A stretch of DNA of 64,000 nucleotides from IMG/VR virus record IMGVR_UViG_3300027762_000003, positions 16,028-80,027 of that record, one strand, 5' to 3'. Positions 10,440-19,533 of the stretch are shown here, one piece after another; the stretch's first letter is position 1; each line of letters begins with the position of its first letter. A program made the translations under genes and the position numbers. Under the pieces are notes generated by a model. It had not been told where the DNA came from, did no database searches, and saw only the letters and a program-made list of their open reading frames with translations. Source of the DNA: a virus.

Positions 10440-11012
10440 TTACCTAGCGATCGTGACTTCGTGCTTCTGATCTTGGTATTTGCCGACACCGTAAGATTCA
10501 CGGCAAGGAGCGCCTTCAAATAACAGCACTTGGGCAATTCCTTCATTGGCATAAACCTTGATTGGGTTGGGGCTTGCGTTGAAGAACTCTAATGTTAAAT
10601 GACCGCGCCAACCGGGTTCTACTGGGGTCATATTCGTGATCAGCCCACATCGAGCATAGGTCGATTTTCCCATACAGATTCCTAGTGCGTTCTCAGGCAT
10701 ATTGAATTCTTCAACTGATACGCCCAAAGCGTAAGAATTGGCAGGTAAAAGAAAGAATGTACCCGTATCATTAGTCGATGCACCCGCCTGCTTGAATATC
10801 CCAGCCTCTAAGTCTTTGGGGTCTACAACCGTCCCTCTCGGTTGAAAAATTCTGAAATCTTTTGAGGACAAGCGAATATCGTAGCCGTAGCTTGACAATC
10901 CAAAGCTAACGGCACTCGCTACACCGCTGATTGTTTCTATGATTCGGGTTTTCCCTGACAGGAATGGGTTGAATATTTTCTTTTCTTCTATTTGTCTATC
11001 GCTCAGAATCAT
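10440..11012 (-). CDS. dcd: dCTP deaminase
   Basis: MILSD start at 11012; SFGLSSYGYDIRL, GKSTYARCG, TPVEPGWRGHLTLE, YANEGIAQ, GKYQDQ. Confidence 0.95.
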   Translation of the reverse strand: MILSDRQIEEKKIFNPFLSGKTRIIETISGVASAVSFGLSSYGYDIRLSSKDFRIFQPRGTVVDPKDLEAGIFKQAGASTNDTGTFFLLPANSYALGVSVEEFNMPENALGICMGKSTYARCGLITNMTPVEPGWRGHLTLEFFNASPNPIKVYANEGIAQVLLFEGAPCRESYGVGKYQDQKHEVTIAR

Positions 11013-11217
11013 ACTATAATGGGGTAAATTTCTACCATTATTATGGCACAAAATAAACACCGCGTGAAGTTGGATTTTAATTTGCTCACGCCCGGACAAA
11101 AAGAGATGTTTCAATCTATCGCATCCTATGATAAAGATTCAGCATATCGCTACTATAAAATAGTCACCAGCCCCGACTACGGGATGATCACGAATACAGA
11201 GAGTAAGAAGCAGAATT

Positions 11218-11931
11218 ATGGAATTCAAAGTAACCACGATCGCCAAAACCCCAAACCCACAACAAGTCACATGGTGCGCTATGCACCAGTGCTATTCCTC
11301 GCACCCTATTGGAATTGAAGAGCTGCCCACTGAAGAGAAGTGTGGGGAGATTGTGGTACGTCGGTTGTTGAAGGGCGATCGCGGTCATTATGGCCCGTTA
11401 GAGCATCCTCAAATCACTTTTGCTTGCGCTAATTTTCCCCATAGCGTAATGCAGCAGGCACGCACCCACAGAGTCGGGGTGAGTTTCGATTGCCAGAGCA
11501 TGAGGTACACGGCAGAGCATATTCTGATGGTTGCTAAAGGAGAGCGCTTACCGGAGGAGGTCTTCTATTTGCGTCCGGTTGGGGAATACGGCGATCGCCA
11601 AGGAACCCGATACGAATACACTCACGAACTCAGAGAGCAACACCTAAGTCTCATTCAGGATATGTGCCAGTCCTATGCTGATGCCGTGGACATGGGGATG
11701 CCCTACGAACAAGCGCGGGGGTTGATTCCGTTTGATGTCCGTCAGCATTTTGTGGTGTCATTCAACTTGCGCTCGTTGATGCACTTTCTAGACTTGCGCG
11801 CCAAAAAAGACGCACAACTCGAAATTCAAAAGCTGTGCGAATCAATGATGATGGAGTTTGAATGCTGGTGTCCGGCGATCGCCCAGTGGTACAAAGAGAA
11901 TCGATGGGGGAAAGCGAGGTTAGCGCCATGA
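11218..11931 (+). CDS. thyX: FAD-dependent thymidylate synthase
   Basis: GHYGPLEH, QARTHRVGVSFDCQSMRY (ThyX motif), NLRSLMHFLDLR...AQLEI. Confidence 0.95.
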   Translation: MEFKVTTIAKTPNPQQVTWCAMHQCYSSHPIGIEELPTEEKCGEIVVRRLLKGDRGHYGPLEHPQITFACANFPHSVMQQARTHRVGVSFDCQSMRYTAEHILMVAKGERLPEEVFYLRPVGEYGDRQGTRYEYTHELREQHLSLIQDMCQSYADAVDMGMPYEQARGLIPFDVRQHFVVSFNLRSLMHFLDLRAKKDAQLEIQKLCESMMMEFECWCPAIAQWYKENRWGKARLAP

Positions 11932-12203
11932 TACTAAGCAGGAAGTCCTGGGACACTGAGTTGAGATACTTTAGGGGTAACTATAAGTCTGAGTATCTTA
12001 GGCTCTAATTCTAGCGGACTATCTTCTATTACTTCTCCGTCTAATACAATTATTCTATGGATCGGTGAGTTCCAGTGCCTCTCTCTTTCTGTCTTTGGGA
12101 AGAACAGAGTCCAATGTAGCCATACAGAATTCACGTCTGAAGGACTGCGGGTTGAGATACTTTTAGGATTGCCAGATCCATACCCTGCAAGGGTTAAAGT
12201 AAG

Positions 12204-12249
12204 GAAAAAGCCCGCAATCCGCTACGCTGTCAGGGATTGCGGGCTTTTC
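12204..12249. terminator. Bidirectional intrinsic terminator
   Basis: AAAAGCCCGCAATCC...GGATTGCGGGCTTTT in the region where thyX and the minus-strand genes converge. Confidence 0.7.
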
Positions 12250-12254
12250 AAATG

Positions 12255-12665
12255 TTACGTTTCAAGCAGTTCTTTGTATTCCGCGATTATCGCGGGTAAC
12301 TTGTCGACAACGAATTCTTCCGCCTCGAATTGGCTCCACTCCTTGTGGATCGACTCGATTTCTCTGTCAATCTCCCTTGACAGATCCAAGGGGAGATCCC
12401 CATTGTAATATGCATCGAATAAGGCACTTGGATTATAGTGCCTTGCTTTGCCTTGCATCACGAGGTCGATGCAATCCAAAAATGCATCTTTTTTGCTTTG
12501 AAAGCCGAAAGAGAGTCCTTCTAAGGAACCAACACATACCCATCCGTCAATCCGACCCGGCTCTTGGACTGCCCTGTATTCCTCTTCTGGAAGATCTGGA
12601 TTTACCCAGATCTTCCAATTATGCTCTCCTGAGTTCAAATTCGAGAGAAAATCTTTAAGGCTCAT
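12255..12665 (-). CDS. Hypothetical protein
   Basis: 136-aa ORF with its own promoter (12696-12724) and a GAGG RBS. Confidence 0.65.
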   Translation of the reverse strand: MSLKDFLSNLNSGEHNWKIWVNPDLPEEEYRAVQEPGRIDGWVCVGSLEGLSFGFQSKKDAFLDCIDLVMQGKARHYNPSALFDAYYNGDLPLDLSREIDREIESIHKEWSQFEAEEFVVDKLPAIIAEYKELLET

Positions 12666-12695
12666 TGTTGCTTTCCTCTAAGTTCTTATTTTTTA

Positions 12696-12724
12696 ATAAT
12701 AGCAAGATGTCCCGTTATTGTCAA
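12696..12724 (-). promoter_or_regulatory. Sigma70-type promoter (phage promoter family)
   Basis: TTGACA-N17-TATTAT. Confidence 0.7.
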
Positions 12725-12725
12725 G

Positions 12726-13766
12726 CTAAAGATCCTCCCAACCCTCAAGTCCGGATGACATCACGTAGCTGGTAACCCCCGCTTCAAAGAAGTTGGACTT
12801 AGTGGAAGCGTCAGCAGAAGTGTCCGCAAACCGCTCCAGGTGAGCATAGGGGTTTTTCTCTTGTTCGTAGAGCGTGTCCAGTCCGATCGCTTTTAGCCGG
12901 ATGTTGGCCAAATAGCGCGTGTATTGCTCTGTACTTGCCTCGGTTATTCCCAGAATCTGATCGCCGATGATGTGATTTGTCCACCTGCACTCTTGCCGTA
13001 CCGCTTCACGGAACATCTCACTGATTTGGGCTTTCGAGTGGGGGAAGACCGTCATCCCCTCTGTGATCAGCTTCTGAAAGATGCGGACGTGGGATAGTTC
13101 ATCTCGGTTGATGAGCCGGAAAACATCGGCGCTACCAGACATGAGCTGACGACTAGCCAAGTTGTAGAAGAAGCAGAATCCGTTGAAGAAATAGAGACCC
13201 TCTAAAAGGTAATTCGCAATTAGGGTGATGAAGTAGTTCTCCTCCGTGGGGTCATCGATATACTGCTGGTAGTACTGTGCAATGAACTCACAGCGCTCTT
13301 TGAGAATGGGGTCGGTTCGCCAAAAGTCATAGATGTCGTTACGGCGATCGCCCGGCACAATCGCCTCAAGCATAGTCTGATAACTTTGGCTGTGCAATGC
13401 CTCCTGTGATGCCTGCTCGGTCAAACACAAGGCGATTTCAGGGGCGGTGATAGGACTTTTGATGTAGGGCAAATTATAGGTTTGCACTGAGTCCAGGAAT
13501 GTGAGGTAAGAAAGAATCCCGTCATAGGCGCGGCGTTCATGGATGGTCAGATTGGCGTAGTCCGTCACGTCCGTGGTGAGGTCGAGCTTTTCGGGTATCC
13601 AGAAGTTCTCTCTCATCTGCTTGTAAATCTTGGCGGCCCAATCATAGCGGATATTGTTGAGCTGCATCAGGTTGGTGGATCTGCCGTGCCACGCTTTCCG
13701 GGCTTCACGGCGATCGTCTCCTTGGGGGTTAAATACTGGGTTGGGTTTTAGTGTTGGTTGGTTCAT
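12726..13766 (-). CDS. nrdB: Class I ribonucleotide reductase beta subunit
   Basis: NFWIPE, FLDSVQ, QEALHSQSY, LEGLYF, RDELSH, C-terminal NFFE...Y. Confidence 0.95.
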   Translation of the reverse strand: MNQPTLKPNPVFNPQGDDRREARKAWHGRSTNLMQLNNIRYDWAAKIYKQMRENFWIPEKLDLTTDVTDYANLTIHERRAYDGILSYLTFLDSVQTYNLPYIKSPITAPEIALCLTEQASQEALHSQSYQTMLEAIVPGDRRNDIYDFWRTDPILKERCEFIAQYYQQYIDDPTEENYFITLIANYLLEGLYFFNGFCFFYNLASRQLMSGSADVFRLINRDELSHVRIFQKLITEGMTVFPHSKAQISEMFREAVRQECRWTNHIIGDQILGITEASTEQYTRYLANIRLKAIGLDTLYEQEKNPYAHLERFADTSADASTKSNFFEAGVTSYVMSSGLEGWEDL

Positions 13767-13836
13767 GGTTGTTTTTGGATTAGATGAAAGAAAATCGCCC
13801 TCATTTAAGATAACAAGGGCGATCTAGAAGGGTTGA

Positions 13837-14490
13837 TTACTGAGCAAAAACTTCGTCTAAGATTTCAATCAGATACTGGTTGATTTTCCCATACTTGGAG
13901 TCATGTGAATCGTGGATTGGGATACCCCGACTACGAGAAAGTGCGGCCGCTTTTCTTCCCAGTAGGTTAGCTTCTTTAGATGTGATTTGAATCCCCAAGA
14001 TATTGGCATATCCCAAAATCGTGTAGTAGTGTCCATCGGGGTGAGAGATTCGGTCAAGCTCCGCATTGTGACGGGTGACGGTTTCCTCAACTTGAGCTAG
14101 TCGGCGTTCCTGCTCTCGATATGCTAGAGCCATCTCAACGAGCGCGTCACCGGTGGTTTTCTGGATGGCGTAAGAGCCGGTTTTACGAATAGATGGCAAG
14201 ACTTCAGATGTCACCCACTTACGAAAAGGTTTTGCTTCAGGCTTACGTGAAGACAGCACCAGCGCATACATGCCGGACTCTGAAACTACTGCTGTGCTTG
14301 GGTTTCCCCGATTACCCTCATTTAGAATGATAGTATTCTTTTCTTCTTCATCAAGCCGGGTTAATGCCTGACTCGGATTGCTGATTTCCAAAACTTCGCA
14401 CAAGTCCTTAGCAACAAACCAAGGCTCTCCATCTTGAGTGATGATGCGAACATCTTGACCTTTGAAGTCGAAAACTGATAACTTATTCAT
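13837..14490 (-). CDS. BRO-N domain antirepressor-like protein
   Basis: VRIITQDGEPWFVAKDLCEVLEI...SESGMYALVLSSRKPEAKPFRKWVTSEVLPSIRKTGSY. Confidence 0.92.
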   Translation of the reverse strand: MNKLSVFDFKGQDVRIITQDGEPWFVAKDLCEVLEISNPSQALTRLDEEEKNTIILNEGNRGNPSTAVVSESGMYALVLSSRKPEAKPFRKWVTSEVLPSIRKTGSYAIQKTTGDALVEMALAYREQERRLAQVEETVTRHNAELDRISHPDGHYYTILGYANILGIQITSKEANLLGRKAAALSRSRGIPIHDSHDSKYGKINQYLIEILDEVFAQ

Positions 14491-14545
14491 GTTAGCCTCT
14501 AGTACAGGTTGACCAAACCCCCGGATGTTGATAGCATCGCGGGGG
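14491..14545 (-). promoter_or_regulatory. Structured 5' leader, copy B
   Basis: CCCCCGCGATGCTATCAACATCCGGGGGTTTGGTCAACCTGTACTAGAGGCTAAC then ATG; TATAAT lies just upstream. Confidence 0.65.
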
Positions 14546-14593
14546 TTGTTATGTTTTTATTATAGTATAGACTCTAGTTGTTAGTCGCAAAAA

Positions 14594-15187
14594 CTAAGCC
14601 GTGAGAAGGTCTTTTATTTTCCGTTTCTTGCGTACTTTTTTGATGTTCTCCTTGATGATTTTCTGGAGGCTCGGATCGCACCCAACCTTGGCAATAAGTT
14701 CAGACGAATTAACATCCCGATCGCTCTCATGTCCACAACAAGCGCAATGGTAGACGGGTTTGTTGATATCCATTTCTGGATCATAGGACAGGCACTGAGA
14801 GCAGATCCGAGATAAAGGTAAATCCGACGCAGGTTTTAATCGCGTCATCTTTTTGCCAAACTCTTGAGTTTTCTTGTCGATTAAGTCGATTTGCTGACCG
14901 ATCGCCGCGTCCAAATTACTCTTATTTTGACCCGCTAAAGCCGCTCCCGTCATCCTTGGCTTTGGCTTTGACTTTCCCTACCTTCTTCTGCAAGCCATCC
15001 TCAACTGCGATACCGGATGAATAGGTGGTCAGGTAAGAAGCGATGCGGTACTGGTGCGATCGCCGTCTGCGTTTCGTCTTCTCATGGATGCGTCTTATCC
15101 TCTGCTTACACTCCTTTACTCCTTGGGAATCACCGCAATGTTTCCACCGTAGGCGTTGAATAGTCCTGGGATAAGGGCTTCGAGGAT
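14594..15187 (-). pseudogene. tnpB: Truncated, frameshifted TnpB-family (IS200/IS605) nuclease remnant
   Basis: Upstream frame reads IQRLRWKHCGDSQGVKECKQRIRRIHEKTKRRRRSHQYRIASYL...IAVEDG...KAKAKDDGSGF then stops. A second frame reads AGQNKSNLDAAIGQ...SRICSQC...CACCGHESDRDVNS (zinc ribbon, RuvC-III). The N-terminal half including RuvC-I is absent. Confidence 0.85.
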
Positions 15188-15196
15188 TTTAAGAGG

Positions 15197-15521
15197 ATTG
15201 AGCAGGATCTAATACTCTCTTAGGGATTGAAACCGAACACCAAATCGCATTAATCACTGCCGAAATTCAGGATTCAATGGATCTAATACTCTCTTAGGGA
15301 TTGAAACGTAATCCTGATCAACCCAAGCTAAGGCATTAGCCAGATTCAATGGATCTAATACTCTCTTAGGGATTGAAACAAGCTTGTGGGTAGCTCGCAG
15401 ATCCCCATCAAGATGATTCAATGGATCTAATACTCTCTTAGGGATTGAAACTGTTGCGTGCTAAATTAGAATCATCAATTGAGAGATTCAATAGATCTAA
15501 TACTCTCTTAGAGATTGAAAC
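15197..15521 (+). CRISPR. CRISPR mini-array: 5 repeats of 37 bp and 4 spacers (37, 35, 35, 33 bp)
   Basis: Consensus GATTCAATGGATCTAATACTCTCTTAGGGATTGAAAC at 15271, 15343 and 15415; 5'-divergent copy at 15197; 2-mismatch copy at 15485. Spacers are unique. Orientation inferred from the ATTGAAAC 3' end. Confidence 0.97.
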
Positions 15522-15533
15522 GATTAAATCAAC

Positions 15534-15571
15534 AAAAAAAAGCGATCGCCCCCAAAGACGACCGCTTTTTT
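15534..15571 (-). terminator. Intrinsic terminator beside the array (pairs better on the minus strand, possibly bidirectional)
   Basis: A-tract, GCGATCG...CGACCGC, T-tract. Confidence 0.7.
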
Positions 15572-15587
15572 GCTACGCTTCCGACCT

Positions 15588-16007
15588 TTAGCCGGACATT
15601 CCATCCCCCATAAAAATGATGAGAACGTTGTCCGTCTTCAGTGACTCAGAAGCTTTCCGAGCGATCGCCACCGCCTCACCGTAACTCTGCACCGGCAGTG
15701 CCACCAGCGCACCACTGACCCGACCCCGTAAGACGTGGGTAAATTCGTGCGTGCAGGTGGTCACGCCCCGGTTCCCTGGTACGGCGCGGTTTATTTCAGC
15801 AACAGCATGATCGCCGGGAACGAACAACGCCCAGCCAACGCTAGGGCACGTCGAGTAAACCTTGGGTGCGGCGGCGATTCCGGTTCTGGAATCGGCGATC
15901 GCTGTCTCTCCCATATTTACGATGCCATTGGTCACCCCGATGATTGCCCCCACAAGCATCCCGACTACGGTTGCTATCATAGTGGTAAGTTTAGATGTCT
16001 TGCTCAT
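15588..16007 (-). CDS. Membrane-anchored/exported hypothetical protein
   Basis: N-terminal hydrophobic helix; TCP...TCT cysteine pair as in 19484-19882. Confidence 0.6.
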   Translation of the reverse strand: MSKTSKLTTMIATVVGMLVGAIIGVTNGIVNMGETAIADSRTGIAAAPKVYSTCPSVGWALFVPGDHAVAEINRAVPGNRGVTTCTHEFTHVLRGRVSGALVALPVQSYGEAVAIARKASESLKTDNVLIIFMGDGMSG

Positions 16008-16070
16008 TGTTTCACCTCTTGTTGTTGGTTGTGGATGGCGATCGTCGGTGGTTCGGCGATCGCCTTTTTC

Positions 16071-16355
16071 TTAGCGGATCGCGTAGTTTTTAGCGCTCAG
16101 GTTAAGGTAGGGTTGCATATTCCTTAGCGCCCGAACTGCTGCATCAAAATGATCAATGCCGCCTTCTGGAATAGGTAGACTATTTAATGCCTTAACCGCC
16201 GCGTTAAAAGGTTTGATATCATCCTCCCTAGAGAGCTGTTGGAGAGTATTGATTGCCGCATCAAAAGACTCGATATCGTCTTCCGTGGAAAGTTGCCGAA
16301 GGGCGGCGATCGCCTCTTCCTTGTACCGATGAATCCGTACTTCGTTGTGGGTCAT
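16071..16355 (-). CDS. Small helical-repeat hypothetical protein
   Basis: Three repeats of I..F[DN]AA[IV]..L; likely start MTHNEV after AAGGA. Confidence 0.55.
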   Translation of the reverse strand: MTHNEVRIHRYKEEAIAALRQLSTEDDIESFDAAINTLQQLSREDDIKPFNAAVKALNSLPIPEGGIDHFDAAVRALRNMQPYLNLSAKNYAIR

Positions 16356-16569
16356 TTTCTTTTCCTTTTGTCTATGTGTTCTAGGGGTTTTGGAGTCCCC
16401 CAAACTCTTAAAGTCGAATGTGCATCGTGGATAAAATCGCTGCTTTCAGATCGGCGGATGTGTGTCCGCGATCGATAAAGTATTTAGCCAAATCCACCGC
16501 TACAGCGATAATCTTTTCCTCTTCAATTGAGAGGGGTCTAACCTCATAAATACCCTTGGTTTCTGTCAT

Positions 16570-16836
16570 TTACTCCGCCTCCTTAATGGCATCCAGGATA
16601 TCGGATATATTGCAGTATTTATCGCCAGAGATCCAACGGTGGATAATCTCGTCTAGGATGGTTTGGGCGATTACTTCATCATCGGCTTCGTGGAGGGTCA
16701 CGAACTTATATCCTTCTGATTCTGAAGGATAGCTGCCTTGAATGAAGTATTTTCTGCTTCCTTTTGTGATGAGGAAGTGTGTGAATTTGTTGTTCAGATT
16801 AACGTAGGTGTTGTCAGTTAATAACTTTAAAATCAT
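16570..16836 (-). CDS. Hypothetical protein (small paralogue family)
   Basis: Translationally coupled to 16836-17129 and similar to it. Confidence 0.6.
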   Translation of the reverse strand: MILKLLTDNTYVNLNNKFTHFLITKGSRKYFIQGSYPSESEGYKFVTLHEADDEVIAQTILDEIIHRWISGDKYCNISDILDAIKEAE

Positions 16837-17129
16837 CAGAAGATCTCCTCAATAGATGTAGATAGTTTGTTGATTTCTTCCCGAATTTTGTAGTAGCTAC
16901 AGTAGTCCCACCCTTGCGACATCCGTAGCATTATTTCCGAGAGGAGCGCTACTGCATCATCCTTAGAATCGGCAGTAGCAATCACTTCATCAAACGGTGC
17001 AACGTGGGGATACCGAGGAATCAGTTCGGCGGTGATGCACCACCCCTCGTCGATTTCTCCTTGTTGCACATGGAATTTGTGGTAGTGGGAGAGATTGTAA
17101 AACTCGTCGTCAGCAGTTCTAAAAATCAT
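16836..17129 (-). CDS. Hypothetical protein (small paralogue family)
   Basis: 97-aa ORF downstream of dnaN on the same strand. Confidence 0.6.
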   Translation of the reverse strand: MIFRTADDEFYNLSHYHKFHVQQGEIDEGWCITAELIPRYPHVAPFDEVIATADSKDDAVALLSEIMLRMSQGWDYCSYYKIREEINKLSTSIEEIF

Positions 17130-17180
17130 GGTGTAGGTGTACCTCTGTCAACATATCCGATTAAATCCGATTAAATCCGA

Positions 17181-18260
17181 TTAATAATCCCTAATCTGAA
17201 CCGGCATAATCAACACAAGACGATCACCGTCCTTCACGACCGCCGGGGTATTCGGTTGATTGACGTGGAGAGTAAACTCACCATCAGGAAGGGCGGACAC
17301 AAGGTAGGGGTGATGGATAGCGATTCTGAACGGCTCATCAATAATGGATGCAACGACTTCCTCGCTCGCAGATCCGGTATCCCCGCTACATGAGAATGAC
17401 TCAACTTTTGCGAGAACGCCTTCCCCAAATTGGAGCGCGACATTCCTGGTATCACCACAAGTGATTGCTACCCGATCTAGAGCCGCTTTCAACTCACTCC
17501 CATTCATGGTGATTTCATGCTTGAATTCAGCCGGTATAAGCCTAAGTGCATCAGGATACTGCCCAGAAGGGATGCGTGCTGCAATTCGGGTATCTCCAGT
17601 GATAAATAAAATCTGAGAATCATCAAACTTGAATTCGATATTCCCATCAGCCGCCACCTTGAGAATGGCAACCGCCGATCCGGGAATAGTAACCATGAAA
17701 TCATCAGACTTCAATTCTCCAGATGAGTAGCCCAAGCGCTTTCCGTCTGTGGCGATCGCGTGGAGAATATTGTCGGCAATCGAAACATTTACCCCGGTCA
17801 AAACCTGCTTCGTTTCATCTTTGCTGGCATAGCGCGAAGCGAACCGAAGATGTTCTATGACTGACTCAGGGAGCGTGTAGGCACGGTCGCTTTCGATTTC
17901 GGGGAATTCCGGAAAATCGTCAGCAGCGATCGCCTTGTATTGAAACTTACCTTTACTCCACTTAATCAAGACATTGAACTCATCATCAATGTCTAGGCTG
18001 ATTTCCTGATTGCGGTCGATTTTGCTAACGACTTGCTTTAGGAAATCGTAGGGGATACAGAATTCTCCAGAGTCGGAACTTTCCACTGGAATCTTGGTGG
18101 CGATCGCCGTCTTCAGATCTGATCCCGTCACCAGTAAGGAGTCCTCTGTTAATACCATCTTGACGTTAAGTAGCATGGTATTGAATGGTCGGGAATCGAT
18201 TGTGCGCCCAACAATATCAAGAGCGCTTTTTAGGACTGCAACATTACAACTAAATTTCAT
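17181..18260 (-). CDS. dnaN: DNA polymerase III beta sliding clamp
   Basis: 359 aa; TGSDL, ADDFPEFP, ASKDETKQVLTGVN, ATDGKRL, GQYPD...LIP, C-terminal LIMPVQIRD. Confidence 0.95.
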   Translation of the reverse strand: MKFSCNVAVLKSALDIVGRTIDSRPFNTMLLNVKMVLTEDSLLVTGSDLKTAIATKIPVESSDSGEFCIPYDFLKQVVSKIDRNQEISLDIDDEFNVLIKWSKGKFQYKAIAADDFPEFPEIESDRAYTLPESVIEHLRFASRYASKDETKQVLTGVNVSIADNILHAIATDGKRLGYSSGELKSDDFMVTIPGSAVAILKVAADGNIEFKFDDSQILFITGDTRIAARIPSGQYPDALRLIPAEFKHEITMNGSELKAALDRVAITCGDTRNVALQFGEGVLAKVESFSCSGDTGSASEEVVASIIDEPFRIAIHHPYLVSALPDGEFTLHVNQPNTPAVVKDGDRLVLIMPVQIRDY

Positions 18261-18415
18261 TATTGATCTTCCTCGATACTTAGAATAGCTAAAGCTCTGG
18301 ACATGGCGCTTAGTGCTGTTTTGAAAAGTTCACGATCTCGTAGATTGTTTACCTCACTAAGCGCCTCTTTGGCGGTGGTGATCGCTTTCTGGAATTCAAC
18401 CTCATGCCTGCTCAT
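18260..18415 (-). CDS. Small hypothetical protein
   Basis: MSRHEVEF..., overlapping the stop of the upstream gene and the start of dnaN. Confidence 0.45.
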   Translation of the reverse strand: MSRHEVEFQKAITTAKEALSEVNNLRDRELFKTALSAMSRALAILSIEEDQ

Positions 18416-18579
18416 AATTTCGATCCAACGGCTTTGTCTTCCATTATCCACCCGATCGCCATCCAGTCGTACTCAGACATAATGACCCCCGTGTTAGATC
18501 TCCATCCGTTGGGGTCTTTAAATAGCACCTTAGTGTTGCCACTAACTTGATGTTTGAATCGAACAAATTGTAATGCCAT
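18412..18579 (-). CDS. Small hypothetical protein (55 aa, below the ORF-track cutoff)
   Basis: Hand translation MALQFVRFKHQVSGNTKVLFKDPNGWRSNTG...GSKL; GAGGG RBS; ATGA overlap with the next gene. Confidence 0.5.
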   Translation of the reverse strand: MALQFVRFKHQVSGNTKVLFKDPNGWRSNTGVIMSEYDWMAIGWIMEDKAVGSKL

Positions 18580-18590
18580 GGTTTTCCCTC

Positions 18591-18970
18591 TTATTTAATC
18601 AATGCAGAAAAATCTATCAAATCATCCAACTCTTTAATTATTGGATATTTACTTGAGAGTCTGTTTAATTTCGTAGTGGCTTTTTCATCACTACAGACAA
18701 TAATAAGCCTCTCAATTACCCACCCTTAGCTTCCACAAAGAGAGACGGAACGGTTTCTCCTTTTTTGATGACCGCAAAATCACATCGCCATACAAGACTA
18801 CGATTGGGCTTAACATAGGAATTACTTGGGCAAAGCGGGATTCTATATTGCTGGTCTATCCGGTGTTCGCTTTCTGGGAAATGGTCTAACAGATGGTAGT
18901 AAACGCAAGCTTCAAAATTTGAGTCAAACTTCTTACCCTCCAAATAAGTTACATTGCTTCGATACCTCAT
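18591..18970 (-). pseudogene. DUF1064-like PD-(D/E)XK nuclease, frameshifted
   Basis: KKFDSNFEA...CDFAV...VEAKGG then stop; a plausible C-terminus (VIERLIIVCSDE...LIK) resumes in another frame. Confidence 0.6.
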
Positions 18971-19533
18971 TTGATCTTCTCCATGTGTGAATTAACTTTC
19001 TCTGCCCAACTTGGATCGGTGGCGTAAACTTCTCCAATTAGTTTAAGGCTTTCCTCTGGATTTGTCTTAGTAAATTCAGTTGTTCTACCATGTTCCTTGA
19101 GGATGTTCTCTACCGTTTGAGCAAACAGAATATCGCTCTTGTCGTCTGCAAATCCCAAGTCCTGCACAACCATTTGCCCGCCATAATATTCGGTGGTGGT
19201 GGTGGTGACATCGTTACCCTTGATTCCCCAATGATTGTTCTCGCCAATTACTGCTGCGCCGTTACCTGTTTCGTGAGAGGCGATCGCCAATGTAATTGCA
19301 GGGTTGATGCCGTAATCTTTCTCCAGATCTTGCGCGATCGGGTAGAGGGATTTCTGATATTCATCAAGGTTAGTCAGTGTTGTTAGCTGTTGCTCTCCTG
19401 GATTAGATAGCGGTATCCACCAATGGGATTGCCCTAGGTTGCCCAGGATGAGATGAATAGATAAAAGCCCGGCTGCCATTAGGCTAATTTTGGCTAGGAG
19501 CTGTAGCTGTGGGTCGTGGCTCGTTTGTTCCAT
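18967..19533 (-). CDS. GH73 glucosaminidase/muramidase with N-terminal membrane anchor
   Basis: GINPAITLAIASHETGNG, NNHWGIKG, TTEY, YATDPSWAEKV. Confidence 0.88.
   Translation of the reverse strand: MEQTSHDPQLQLLAKISLMAAGLLSIHLILGNLGQSHWWIPLSNPGEQQLTTLTNLDEYQKSLYPIAQDLEKDYGINPAITLAIASHETGNGAAVIGENNHWGIKGNDVTTTTTEYYGGQMVVQDLGFADDKSDILFAQTVENILKEHGRTTEFTKTNPEESLKLIGEVYATDPSWAEKVNSHMEKIK

Noticed and set aside
11013-11114. N-terminal extension of Dcd given in the ORF track
   Set aside because: The family start MILSD is at 11012; the extension crosses the divergent intergenic region.
14594-14953. Functional mini-Cas12/TnpB effector for the array
   Set aside because: RuvC-I and the N-terminal half are missing and the remainder is frameshifted, so it cannot be an active nuclease.
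15452-15484. Spacer 4 (translates LRAKLESSIE) as a self-target of the 52508 gene (LRSSIESAL)
   Set aside because: Only a loose amino-acid resemblance; nucleotide identity is too low to call a protospacer.
17155-17184. ATCCGATTAA x3 as replication iterons
   Set aside because: Only three 10-bp units at the dnaN stop with no other origin features; more likely slippage.
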